Origin: Mycobacterium tuberculosis H37Rv
GTDB taxonomy: Bacteria > Actinomycetota > Actinomycetes > Mycobacteriales > Mycobacteriaceae
Direction: 5' to 3'
DNA length: 32,000 bases
Assembly: GCF_000195955.2 (NCBI RefSeq)
Contig: NC_000962.3
Coordinates: 1,170,001-1,202,000, forward strand
Shown here: one piece after another, positions 1 through 7,627 of the stretch
Layout of the letters: each line of letters starts with the position of its first letter
Position numbering within the stretch: position 1 is the first letter of the stretch
Made by a program: the position numbers and the translations under genes
The notes under the pieces: model-generated
The model's database searches: none
What the model saw: the letters and a program-made list of their open reading frames with translations, nothing else
What the model was told of the DNA's origin: nothing

Positions 1-732
1 GGGCTACCGAGAGATCCTGGGCATCCAGGTCACCTCCGCCGAGGACGGGGCCGGCTGGCTGGCGTTCTTCCGCGACCTGGTCGCCCGCGGCCTGTCCGGG
101 GTCGCGCTGGTCACCAGCGACGCCCACGCCGGCCTGGTGGCCGCGATCGGCGCCACCCTGCCCGCAGCGGCCTGGCAGCGCTGCAGAACCCACTACGCAG
201 CCAATCTGATGGCAGCCACCCCGAAGCCCTCCTGGCCGTGGGTGCGCACCCTGCTGCACTCCATCTACGACCAGCCCGACGCCGAATCAGTTGTTGCCCA
301 ATATGATCGGGTACTCGACGCTCTGACCGACAAACTCCCCGCGGTGGCCGAGCACCTCGACACCGCCCGCACCGACCTGCTGGCGTTCACCGCCTTCCCC
401 AAGCAGATCTGGCGCCAAATCTGGTCCAACAACCCCCAGGAACGCCTCAACCGAGAGGTACGACGCCGAACCGACGTCGTGGGCATCTTCCCCGACCGCG
501 CCTCGATCATCCGCCTCGTCGGAGCCGTCCTCGCCGAACAACACGACGAATGGATCGAAGGACGGCGCTACCTGGGCCTCGAGGTCCTCACCCGAGCCCG
601 AGCAGCACTGACCAGCACCGAAGAACCCGCCAAGCAGCAAACCACCAACACCCCAGCACTGACCACCTAGACTGCCACCCGAAGGATCACGCGAGGAACC
701 TTCACTCGTACACCACGTCCCTGGCCTTGGCC
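1..732 (+). mobile_element. IS1081 (IS256/mutator family), 3' part only; left end lies outside the window
   Basis: IS256-type transposase C-terminus; CGAAGGATCACGCGA motif at 680-694 and IS256-like terminal sequence GTACACCACGTCCCTGGCCTTGGCC ending near 732. Exact right boundary uncertain. Confidence 0.85.
2..670 (+). CDS. IS1081 transposase, C-terminal part (5' truncated by window)
   Basis: Frame 2 is open from base 2 (GYREILGIQVTSAEDGAGWLAFFRDLVARGLSGVALVTSDAHAGLVAAIGATLP...) to the stop at 668-670; mutator-type transposase sequence. Confidence 0.93.
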   Translation, partial: GYREILGIQVTSAEDGAGWLAFFRDLVARGLSGVALVTSDAHAGLVAAIGATLPAAAWQRCRTHYAANLMAATPKPSWPWVRTLLHSIYDQPDAESVVAQYDRVLDALTDKLPAVAEHLDTARTDLLAFTAFPKQIWRQIWSNNPQERLNREVRRRTDVVGIFPDRASIIRLVGAVLAEQHDEWIEGRRYLGLEVLTRARAALTSTEEPAKQQTTNTPALTT

Positions 733-907
733 GAAGGTAGAACGCCAGCACGACTTGCTGTTGTCAACTCTTGCGAGTTACGTGAGTGCGGCCGGAGCAC
801 ACGCTCGTATCGTCGTCACAGTCGAAGGGCGCGATCTTGAGTTCGACGTATCGACCTTCGCCCTTGTGGGCCCGCAGCAGCTGCCCGAAGTCGAGCCGTC
901 GCAGTAG
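731..907 (+). pseudogene. C-terminal remnant of an XRE/HigA-like DNA-binding protein, adjoining the IS1081 end
   Basis: Hand translation of frame 2: PKVERQHDLLLSTLASYVSAAGAHARIVVTVEGRDLEFDVSTFALVGPQQLPEVEPSQ*, resembling the 'STLxxYVxAxGGxxxlvv' C-terminal region of XRE antitoxins. No upstream HTH or start in the window. Confidence 0.55.
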
Positions 908-1037
908 TGACCGGGGGCCCAGTTAGCGATGGCTTTGTCACTGTGGAGGGTCTCCCTCCCGTAGTGATGCACCACTCGCACGAGAGCCAATTCGGCCGCC
1001 CGTCGCGCCGCAGCAGAGCGCGGTGGCTCTTCGTCGT

Positions 1038-2153
1038 TCATTTGGTCATCGCCTCGCGTAGATGTTCCGCCGCGTCTTCGCCGCGGACGCCGGCCGTGCG
1101 TAGGTCGGCGTATACCCTCGGCCATAACATCGACCTAAACCCCTGCAGGTTCTGTTCGGTCAGCCGGGCGCACGCTGGGGTCGGGAAGAAGCGCAATATC
1201 AACCGACCGCCGGCGATTTCCTGCAATCCCGCAGCCATTGCTGCACGGCGAAGATCGCTCCATGATCGCCCGGGCACGTAGATTTCCATCGGAGCTATTT
1301 CCGTCTGCATTGGCGCGAGCAGGCTCGCCGACAACGCGCTTGTGGCTGCCCACTCAATGCCTGCGGCATCCCACAACTGGCCGGCCTTGACCACGCCGGC
1401 AGTCGGATCGCGCCACAGCACACCAGTCGAAATAGAAATCGGCGACCGAAGCTTGTCTGCTGCCTCAGCGTATGCATCCAACAGCGCATCGCGATCAACG
1501 ATCAGGCGCGCCGATTTCGGGCCGCGGGCAGTGGCACTGGCCAGATGGCCGTTTTTTTCGAGAAACTTCAACGCCTGAGCGCTGCTTCCCATCGAGAGAC
1601 CGGTGGCCTCTACAACCGAGGCGACAGTTGGACCGGCGATGTTCGCCAGCAGCGCTTCACATACGGCAAGTGTGGCGCGGCGCCAGCCTATGCGCGCGTC
1701 GAGTGGGGCAGGTGGCGCGCCTTTCGTCTCGATCACCAGAGTGGTTCCAGTTGATGTGTTTCGGTAGTGGATATCGGCAGCGCCCGACTCGTCCACCCAC
1801 CCAACACCGGCGTCATGTGCCGCCTTCCGGGCACCAGGAGACATCGTGGGTGCAGCCAAAATGTCGGGCCGGGATGTGGCGTGGAGTGCCTCGGCTACCT
1901 GACGGGGCCAACCAGTCGTGAGCCAGCGAACCAGGAACTCTGCGCCGTCGAGCGACACAATCACGTCGCGATGAGGGCCGTTTACGCGTCGTGCGCGCAC
2001 TTCGCTGCGAAACGCGCCTTCCAGCGCACTCACGGTGCGTTCGTCCCAAGACATGGAGGCATCATACTTCACTAAGGGACGATACTCTACTGTTTCAGTG
2101 AAGTACCATCTACGGATGAAGTTCGATTGCCACGTGCGATCCGACGCTTGCAC
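1038..2153 (-). CDS. Conserved protein, AbiEi_2-like (restriction endonuclease-like N-terminal region plus winged helix), Rv1048c-like
   Basis: 371-aa ORF; N-terminal '...MSPGARKAAHDAGVGWVDESGAADIHY...TTLVIETKG' then HTH-like 'TVASVVEATGLSMGSSAQALKFLEKNGHL'. An internal ATG at 2054 is an alternative start. Confidence 0.8.
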   Translation of the reverse strand: MQASDRTWQSNFIRRWYFTETVEYRPLVKYDASMSWDERTVSALEGAFRSEVRARRVNGPHRDVIVSLDGAEFLVRWLTTGWPRQVAEALHATSRPDILAAPTMSPGARKAAHDAGVGWVDESGAADIHYRNTSTGTTLVIETKGAPPAPLDARIGWRRATLAVCEALLANIAGPTVASVVEATGLSMGSSAQALKFLEKNGHLASATARGPKSARLIVDRDALLDAYAEAADKLRSPISISTGVLWRDPTAGVVKAGQLWDAAGIEWAATSALSASLLAPMQTEIAPMEIYVPGRSWSDLRRAAMAAGLQEIAGGRLILRFFPTPACARLTEQNLQGFRSMLWPRVYADLRTAGVRGEDAAEHLREAMTK

Positions 2154-2351
2154 TTCGCTGGCGGGCCGCGAACCCGATCAGCTCCTCCAGGTCGTCGGCA
2201 CGGGTCAGCAAGGCGGCGCTGTCCGGGTGGGCGCGCATGCCAAACACCAGTCGCTCACCGTCGGGGTCAAGCAACACCAGGTCGCGGAGCATGGTGGCGG
2301 GCGGAACCCACACTTCGGGCTAGCTCTAGGGGGCAGGGCTTTGACGGGTCT

Positions 2352-2357
2352 TGACAA
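2352..2357 (+). promoter_or_regulatory. Putative -35 hexamer (TTGACA) upstream of the MarR regulator
   Basis: TTGACA directly 5' of the palindrome at 2362-2375; no clear -10 resolved by eye. Confidence 0.3.
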
Positions 2358-2361
2358 ATAC

Positions 2362-2375
2362 GTGTAGCTACACGA
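2362..2375 (+). promoter_or_regulatory. Candidate MarR (MosR) operator: perfect palindrome CGTGTAGCTACACG
   Basis: 14-bp perfect inverted repeat between the TTGACA and the start of the MarR gene; the same GTGTA-N2-TACAC pattern recurs before the adjacent SDR gene. Confidence 0.65.
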
Positions 2376-2385
2376 GTCTGGAGTA

Positions 2386-2832
2386 ATGGGCAAAGGGGCG
2401 GCGTTCGACGAATGCGCTTGCTACACCACCCGGCGGGCGGCCCGACAGCTCGGCCAGGCCTATGATCGCGCGCTGCGGCCGAGCGGGTTGACGAACACCC
2501 AATTCAGCACGCTGGCCGTGATCTCGCTGTCGGAAGGCAGCGCCGGGATCGACCTCACGATGAGCGAGCTTGCCGCCCGCATCGGCGTTGAACGCACGAC
2601 GCTAACCCGCAACCTCGAGGTGATGAGGCGCGACGGACTGGTGCGGGTCATGGCGGGTGCCGACGCGCGGTGCAAGCGCATCGAGCTGACCGCGAAGGGC
2701 CGCGCGGCACTGCAAAAGGCGGTGCCCCTATGGCGCGGGGTGCAGGCGGAGGTGACCGCAAGCGTCGGTGACTGGCCACGGGTGCGACGCGACATCGCGA
2801 ATCTGGGTCAGGCGGCGGAGGCGTGTCGGTGA
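2386..2832 (+). CDS. mosR: MarR-family, oxidation-sensing transcriptional regulator (MosR-like)
   Basis: 148 aa; MarR wHTH (LTMSELAARIGVERTTLTRNLEVMRRDGLVRV, DARCKRIELTAKGRAAL); N-terminal CAC cysteine pair (C10/C12) and a terminal-region cysteine; gene order as Rv1049-Rv1050. Confidence 0.9.
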   Translation: MGKGAAFDECACYTTRRAARQLGQAYDRALRPSGLTNTQFSTLAVISLSEGSAGIDLTMSELAARIGVERTTLTRNLEVMRRDGLVRVMAGADARCKRIELTAKGRAALQKAVPLWRGVQAEVTASVGDWPRVRRDIANLGQAAEACR

Positions 2833-2850
2833 TCTTTTTTGCGCATATAT

Positions 2851-2862
2851 GTGTAGTTACAC
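2851..2862 (+). promoter_or_regulatory. Second candidate MosR operator, GTGTAGTTACAC, before the SDR gene
   Basis: GTGTA-N2-TACAC half-site arrangement as at 2362-2375, 16 nt upstream of the ATG. Confidence 0.6.
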
Positions 2863-2877
2863 CCAACTGAGGAGCAA

Positions 2878-3786
2878 ATGATGGCTAGGCAGAGATTTCG
2901 TGACCAGGTGGTGTTGATCACCGGTGCCTCCAGCGGCATCGGGGAGGCGACCGCGAAGGCATTCGCCCGTGAGGGCGCCGTGGTCGCCTTGGCGGCGCGC
3001 CGCGAGGGTGCGTTGCGCCGGGTTGCCCGGGAGATCGAGGCCGCGGGTGGGCGGGCGATGGTCGCCCCGCTCGACGTCTCGTCGTCGGAGAGCGTGCGCG
3101 CCATGGTTGCCGACGTGGTCGGCGAGTTTGGTCGCATTGACGTCGTGTTCAACAACGCCGGCGTCTCGCTGGTAGGCCCGGTCGACGCAGAGACCTTCCT
3201 TGACGACACTCGCGAGATGCTGGAGATCGACTACCTCGGCACGGTGCGCGTGGTGCGGGAGGTCTTGCCGATCATGAAGCAGCAACGATCGGGACGGATC
3301 ATGAACATGTCGTCGGTGGTGGGTCGCAAGGCCTTTGCGCGATTCGCCGGCTACTCCTCCGCCATGCACGCGATCGCCGGTTTCTCCGATGCGTTGCGCC
3401 AAGAGCTGCGGGGTAGCGGAATCGCCGTCTCGGTGATCCACCCGGCGCTGACCCAGACACCGCTGTTGGCCAACGTCGACCCCGCCGACATGCCGCCGCC
3501 GTTTCGCAGCCTCACGCCCATTCCCGTTCACTGGGTCGCGGCAGCGGTGCTTGACGGTGTGGCGCGGCGGCGCGCCCGCGTAGTCGTTCCATTTCAGCCG
3601 CGGCTGCTCATGGTGGGTGACGCGTTCTCGCCGCGGTACGGCGACCGGGTGGTCCGCTTGCTCGAGAGCAAGATATTCGGTCGCCTGATCGGTTCCTATC
3701 GGGGTTCGGTATACCGCCATCAGCCGACCGAATCAGCGAAGGCACAGGCGGCCCAGCCCGAGCGCGGGTACTCGTCGGCCCGGTGA
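2878..3786 (+). CDS. Short-chain dehydrogenase/reductase (Rv1050-like)
   Basis: 302 aa; TGASSGIG cofactor motif, NNAG, YSSAMHA (YxxxK-like position not canonical); GAGGAG SD at 2869-2874. Confidence 0.92.
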   Translation: MMARQRFRDQVVLITGASSGIGEATAKAFAREGAVVALAARREGALRRVAREIEAAGGRAMVAPLDVSSSESVRAMVADVVGEFGRIDVVFNNAGVSLVGPVDAETFLDDTREMLEIDYLGTVRVVREVLPIMKQQRSGRIMNMSSVVGRKAFARFAGYSSAMHAIAGFSDALRQELRGSGIAVSVIHPALTQTPLLANVDPADMPPPFRSLTPIPVHWVAAAVLDGVARRRARVVVPFQPRLLMVGDAFSPRYGDRVVRLLESKIFGRLIGSYRGSVYRHQPTESAKAQAAQPERGYSSAR

Positions 3787-3944
3787 GGTTGGTTGGAGCC
3801 AGGCTCCACGTCGCTGAGGCGAGCGGCGTGCGCAGCGCGTAGCGGCTCGTCGGCACGGTGTCGATGGTCTCCTTGGCGCTGAATCGCGACGTGCTGGCGA
3901 TCACCCGGGCAAGCCGATCACGCAGTTCGTCGTCGGGCGCCAGC

Positions 3945-4930
3945 TCAACGTCGAGTTGCGCTCTCCCGCTTTGAGATCCAGCGCGACACCTCGTCGCGCC
4001 GGTACACGACGCGCCGTCCCAAGGTGAAGCTCGCCGGTCCGATGTCCGAGTGCCGCCAGTGCCGTAGAGTGCCGACGGGAACGCCGATCATCTCCGAAAC
4101 TTGTTTTGCGTCCAGCAGATCCATGTTTCTCCTCCCGACATGGGCTGGTTTCCAATGTCTCCAACAGTGCTGGCAGCGTCCGTGTTCGGTCGCCCATTTC
4201 GCTTGCGCGACTGCGCCATAACCGGCCAGGTGAGGCGCGACGGGTTCGAGAGTGGCGCCGCGGTATTGTGCGACTGCCCTGGCCGAGCGGAGCAGCTCGT
4301 CGTCGTCGATGCCCCGGCGGTCGAGTTGGACGATGTCGACGTAGTCCCGCCAGCGGGTGCTGGTGATGCCGCGTTCGAGGATGGTCACTCCCTTCTCGGC
4401 GATGATGGTCTCGGGCGCGTAGCCCAGGAGTGTGATCGGCTCGCCGAGGATCCGGTCGATGGTCACCCGTGTGGGCCACGGCGCGATCGGTTCGCCGGTG
4501 GACACATCCCAGGCCGCGATGCCCTGCCACGGTCCGACCGACATAGCGACTCGCACGCGCAGGCCCGGGTAGTCGGCCCGCTCGCGAATTTCCTGCACGC
4601 TGCTCGTGTCGAGGTTGAACGCCACCCCGTCGTCGATGTCGATCACGGCGATGTCGCGAACCACCTGGGTGAGATGCTCGGCGGTGACGTCGGCGCGCAT
4701 GGCGTTGGAGTCGGTGTCCTTCGTCGGGTGCCGAACGCCGTAGGCGGCCAGCAGGATCCGGCCTTTGAGGACGAAGTCTGCGGCATGCGAGGTGCGGGTG
4801 AGCCGATCCAGGAACGATTCGAGGGTGTGTCGAGTCAGGTACTCCTGCGTCGGTGCGCCGGTCCCGCACTTCGAGGCAGTAGAACGAGCGAGGATTGGAT
4901 CCGGCGGGACACCGTGTCGCCGGAGCTCAC
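3945..4930 (-). pseudogene. Decayed AbiEii/MenT-like nucleotidyltransferase toxin reading into a C-terminal excisionase-like HTH (Rv1051c region)
   Basis: Open frame upstream of the 251-aa ORF (ATG 4700) encodes TQEYLTRHTLESFLDRLTRTSHAADFVLKGRILLAAYGVRHPTKDTDSNA, continuing through '...IIAEKGVTILERGITSTRWRDYVDIVQL'; likely original GTG at 4930 overlaps the upstream stop; a frameshift near 4860 breaks the N-terminus. C-terminus is MDLLDAKQVSEMIGVPVGTLRHWRHSDIGPASFTLGRRVVYRRDEVSRWI. Confidence 0.75.
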
Positions 4931-5545
4931 GCCAGCATCGCCAATGTTTGTAAGACCGGGGACTTCTCCCGCGGTAGGCGGGTGGCGATCTCGATCAGCC
5001 GGGCGGGTTTGCCGCCTCGGCGCAGCCACTCTCGCAGCGCGTCACGCGCCAGTTCGTAACCGACTTCGTAGCGGAGCCGGAATGTATCGGCGATCGAGCG
5101 CTCGGGTGAGTTAGATTCCGATTGTCTGATCCGATCCCGGGATCGTGATCTCGTCGCGTCCGATCTAAAATGTGGCCCGGTCGAAGTGGTGCCACGCAAT
5201 CGCGCCTGTGCTGGCCGGTGTCCTCGACCAGCGGGGGATGGCGATGTCCAGCGCGGCGGGGATCGCGTCGGTCAGGTCGTGGTGCGTGAGTGCGGAGGCC
5301 AGGCAGATCGTAGCGTCGGGGCGGCGCGTGGCGGCCTCGATCCGATCCCAGTCGGCGGTCGACGCGTCTACGGGTAGGTAGATGCCGCGGGCGATGCGGT
5401 CCCAGCGGCCTGCCTGCGCGCCGCGGTAAAGCGCGCTGCGCGAGGCCGGCCCGCCCCGCAGTGCTCGGTGTCAGGGCTTCCACGGCGCCTATCCCACTCG
5501 TCTTTGGTACGGAACGTAGGCAGATAACTCTATGTGTAGACGTTT
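4927..5545 (-). pseudogene. Decayed AbiEi/MenA-like antitoxin gene (includes the 90-aa ORF 4927..5199)
   Basis: Three frames assemble into an AbiEi-like protein: VPKTSGIGAVEALTPSTAGRAGLAQRAL / YRGAQAGRWDRIARGIYLPVDASTADWDRIEAATRRPDATICLASALTHHDLTDAIPAALDIAIPR...WHHFDRATF*IGRDEITIPGSDQTIGI / ERSIADTFRLRYEVGYELARDALREWLRRGGKPARLIEIATRLPREKSPVLQTLAMLA*. Confidence 0.75.
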
Positions 5546-5860
5546 CGTATCGATGCCTGAGGAAATCGGGAACAGGCCCCGCGGGCGCATGGCTATTGGG
5601 AGTACGGCGGGGCACTGACATTGCGAGGCCACCGTCGGTTGGCGCCGGTAGCATGGGGATTTGTCGATGCTTGGTGAAGGAGCAACCGTGGGCGGTGAGA
5701 CGCCTAAGAAGGTGGTCGTCTCATGGACTGCTGTGAAGAACGCGGGGTCGCGCGCCACAAGGGCCTCAGCCAAGTTGGAACGCCGGGTTGTCCCCGTTGG
5801 TCACAAGCGGTCAGCTGCCGTTGCAGCGCATATCGAGAAGCAGCGGTCACCGCAGTCCAG

Positions 5861-6485
5861 ATGCCGCTGACGCCCGGCTACGGTGAGACCCCGCTTCCGC
5901 ACGACGAACTGGCCGCGTTGCTCCCCGAGGTTGTCGAGGTGTTGGACAAGCCGATCACGCGCGCTGATGTTTATGACCTCGAACAGGGCCTTCAGGACCA
6001 GGTTTTCGATCTATTGATGCCGACGGCTGTTGAAGGCTCGTTGTCGCTTGATGAGCTTCTCAGTGACCATTTCGTCCGCGATCTCCACGCGCGTATGTTT
6101 GGTCCGGTATAGGACTGGGCCGGGCGGTGGTGACGACGTGAACTCAACATCGGTGTTGCACCGGAGCAGGTCGCCGTCGAGGTACGCAACGCGCTCGACA
6201 CCATCGCGTACCGCTGGGTGCACACCGATGATTGGACCGGTCGGCAACTGGGTATTGTTGTTCATGCAGACCTTGTGCGAATCCATCCGTTCACCGATGG
6301 AAATGGGCGCACCACAAGGCTTCTCGCTGATTTGGTGTACGCGACGGTTCAGAATCCCACCGAGCTGCAGTATGACTGGGAGCTCGATAAACTGCGCTTA
6401 CGTCGAACTACTTCGCGGCTACGACCGAGACCGGGACATTGCGGCGCTCGCCGCCTTCATCGGTGTGCGGCCCATCGAGACATAG
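5861..6485 (+). pseudogene. Fic-domain protein, 'mobile mystery protein B'-like, disrupted
   Basis: MPLTPGYGETPLPHDELAALL...RDLHARMFGPV*DWAGRW*RRELNIGVAPEQVAVEVRNALDTIAYRWVHTDDWTGRQLGIVVHADLVRIHPFTDGNGRTTRLLADL...; canonical HPFTDGNGR; in-frame stops at 6110-6112 and 6131-6133 and a frameshift near 6395. Confidence 0.8.
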
Positions 6486-6565
6486 GCAGGCTGTCTTGTT
6501 GAAGCCGGCGACCGGGCGACCCAAGCGGAGGAGGTACCGCGGATCACTGCGGTACCGTCGACGCG

Positions 6566-7290
6566 GTGGCAACCAGGCATCAACGGGCGGGGATTGACGA
6601 CCGCTGGCATAAGCGGGTCAAAGGGCCGGACGGGAACAGGCGAACCGTGCGGTCTGCTGTCTGCGGCAGGGTTTCGCGCTGGCGCGTCAGGTGGGTTGAC
6701 GGCGGCGGAGAGGAGCACAGCAAGAGCTTCCAGCGCAAACCTGACGCGCAGGTACCTGACCCATGCCGAACTGTTGATGCTCGCCAGGGCCACGGGCCGG
6801 TTCGAAACGCTCACCTTGGTGCTCGGCTACTGCGGCTTACGGCGGTTTACGGTTCGGTGAGGCTGTTGCCCTGCGGCGCAAGCATGTGGGGGATCGCGTG
6901 CTGACCGTCCGATCGTCCCCTACGGCGGTGACCGGCAAGGGCATCGTTGAGTCGACGACCAAGACGAAGCGGGATCGTCACGTACCAGTGCCTGAGCCTG
7001 TTTGGCGCAGGCTCCATGCCGAGTTGCCCACCGACCCGAACGCCTTGGTGTTCCCCGGCCGTAAGGGCGGATTCCTGCCTCTCGGTGAATACCGCTGGGC
7101 ATTCGACAACGCCGGCGACCAGGTCGGGATCGAAGGCTGGTACCGCACGGTCTGGGGCACACCACGGCCTCGCTGGCGATCAGCGCAGGCGCTAACGTCA
7201 AGGTCGTGCAACGGCTCCTTGGACACGCAGCAGCGGCGATGACGCTCGACCGGCACGGCCATCTGCTCAACGACGATCTAGCGGTGTGGC
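6566..7290 (+). pseudogene. Tyrosine recombinase (phage-type integrase) remnant (Rv1054/Rv1055-like)
   Basis: RAGIDDRWHKRVKGPDGNRRTVRSAVCGRVSRWRVRWVDGGGEEHSKSFQRKPDAQ; RYLTHAELLMLARATGRFETLTLVLGYCGLR; TKTKRDRHVPVPEPVWRRL; HGLGHTTASLAISAGANVKVVQRLLGHAAAAMTLDRHGHLL, spread across several frames. Confidence 0.85.
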
Positions 7291-7395
7291 CGATGCGCTG
7301 TGCAAAGTCATCGAGAACACTGCGGTATCACTGCGGTATGCGGAGACGGAACAGAGTCGGGCTCCGGGCATGAGATAGCGCGTCTGAACTGCAAC

Positions 7396-7469
7396 GCCCC
7401 CATAGCCCAATTGGCAGAGGCAGCGGACTTAAAATCCGTCAAGTGTCGGTTCGAGTCCGACTGGGGGCA
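7396..7469 (+). tRNA. leuX: tRNA-Leu (anticodon TAA), short variable loop
   Basis: Acceptor GCCCCCA/TGGGGGC, anticodon stem GCGGA/TCCGT with loop CTTAAAA, T arm GTCGG-TTCGAGT-CCGAC; variable loop only CAAGT; CCA not encoded. Confidence 0.88.
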
Positions 7470-7627
7470 CGGGGAAATCGTTGTTGGCAAGTCATGGCGT
7501 TGGGCACTGCTGCTGCTCGCCGCTCAAGCCAGCAACCCAACCTGGCGATACGTTGGTTTGAGCGGGGCGACTCCCGTCGGGCCACCTACGCCCCGCCTGT
7601 TGCTATGGCCGGACAAGGAGCATCGCG

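Noticed and set aside
680-694. CGAAGGATCACGCGA taken as the outer right end of IS1081
   Set aside because: IS256-like terminal sequence (GTACACCACGTCCCTGGCC) continues beyond it, so the element probably ends nearer 732; boundary left approximate.
4101-5114. 337-aa plus-strand ORF
   Set aside because: Antisense to the AbiEii/AbiEi remnant whose minus-strand frames show clear family motifs; the long ORF is a GC-rich shadow.
5172-5381. 69-aa plus-strand ORF (MARSKWCHAIAPVL...)
   Set aside because: Opposite strand of the AbiEi pseudogene; no recognisable family.
5661-5870. 69-aa ORF as the 'mobile mystery protein A' HTH partner of the Fic remnant
   Set aside because: No recognisable HTH pattern in any frame; not enough similarity to support the call.
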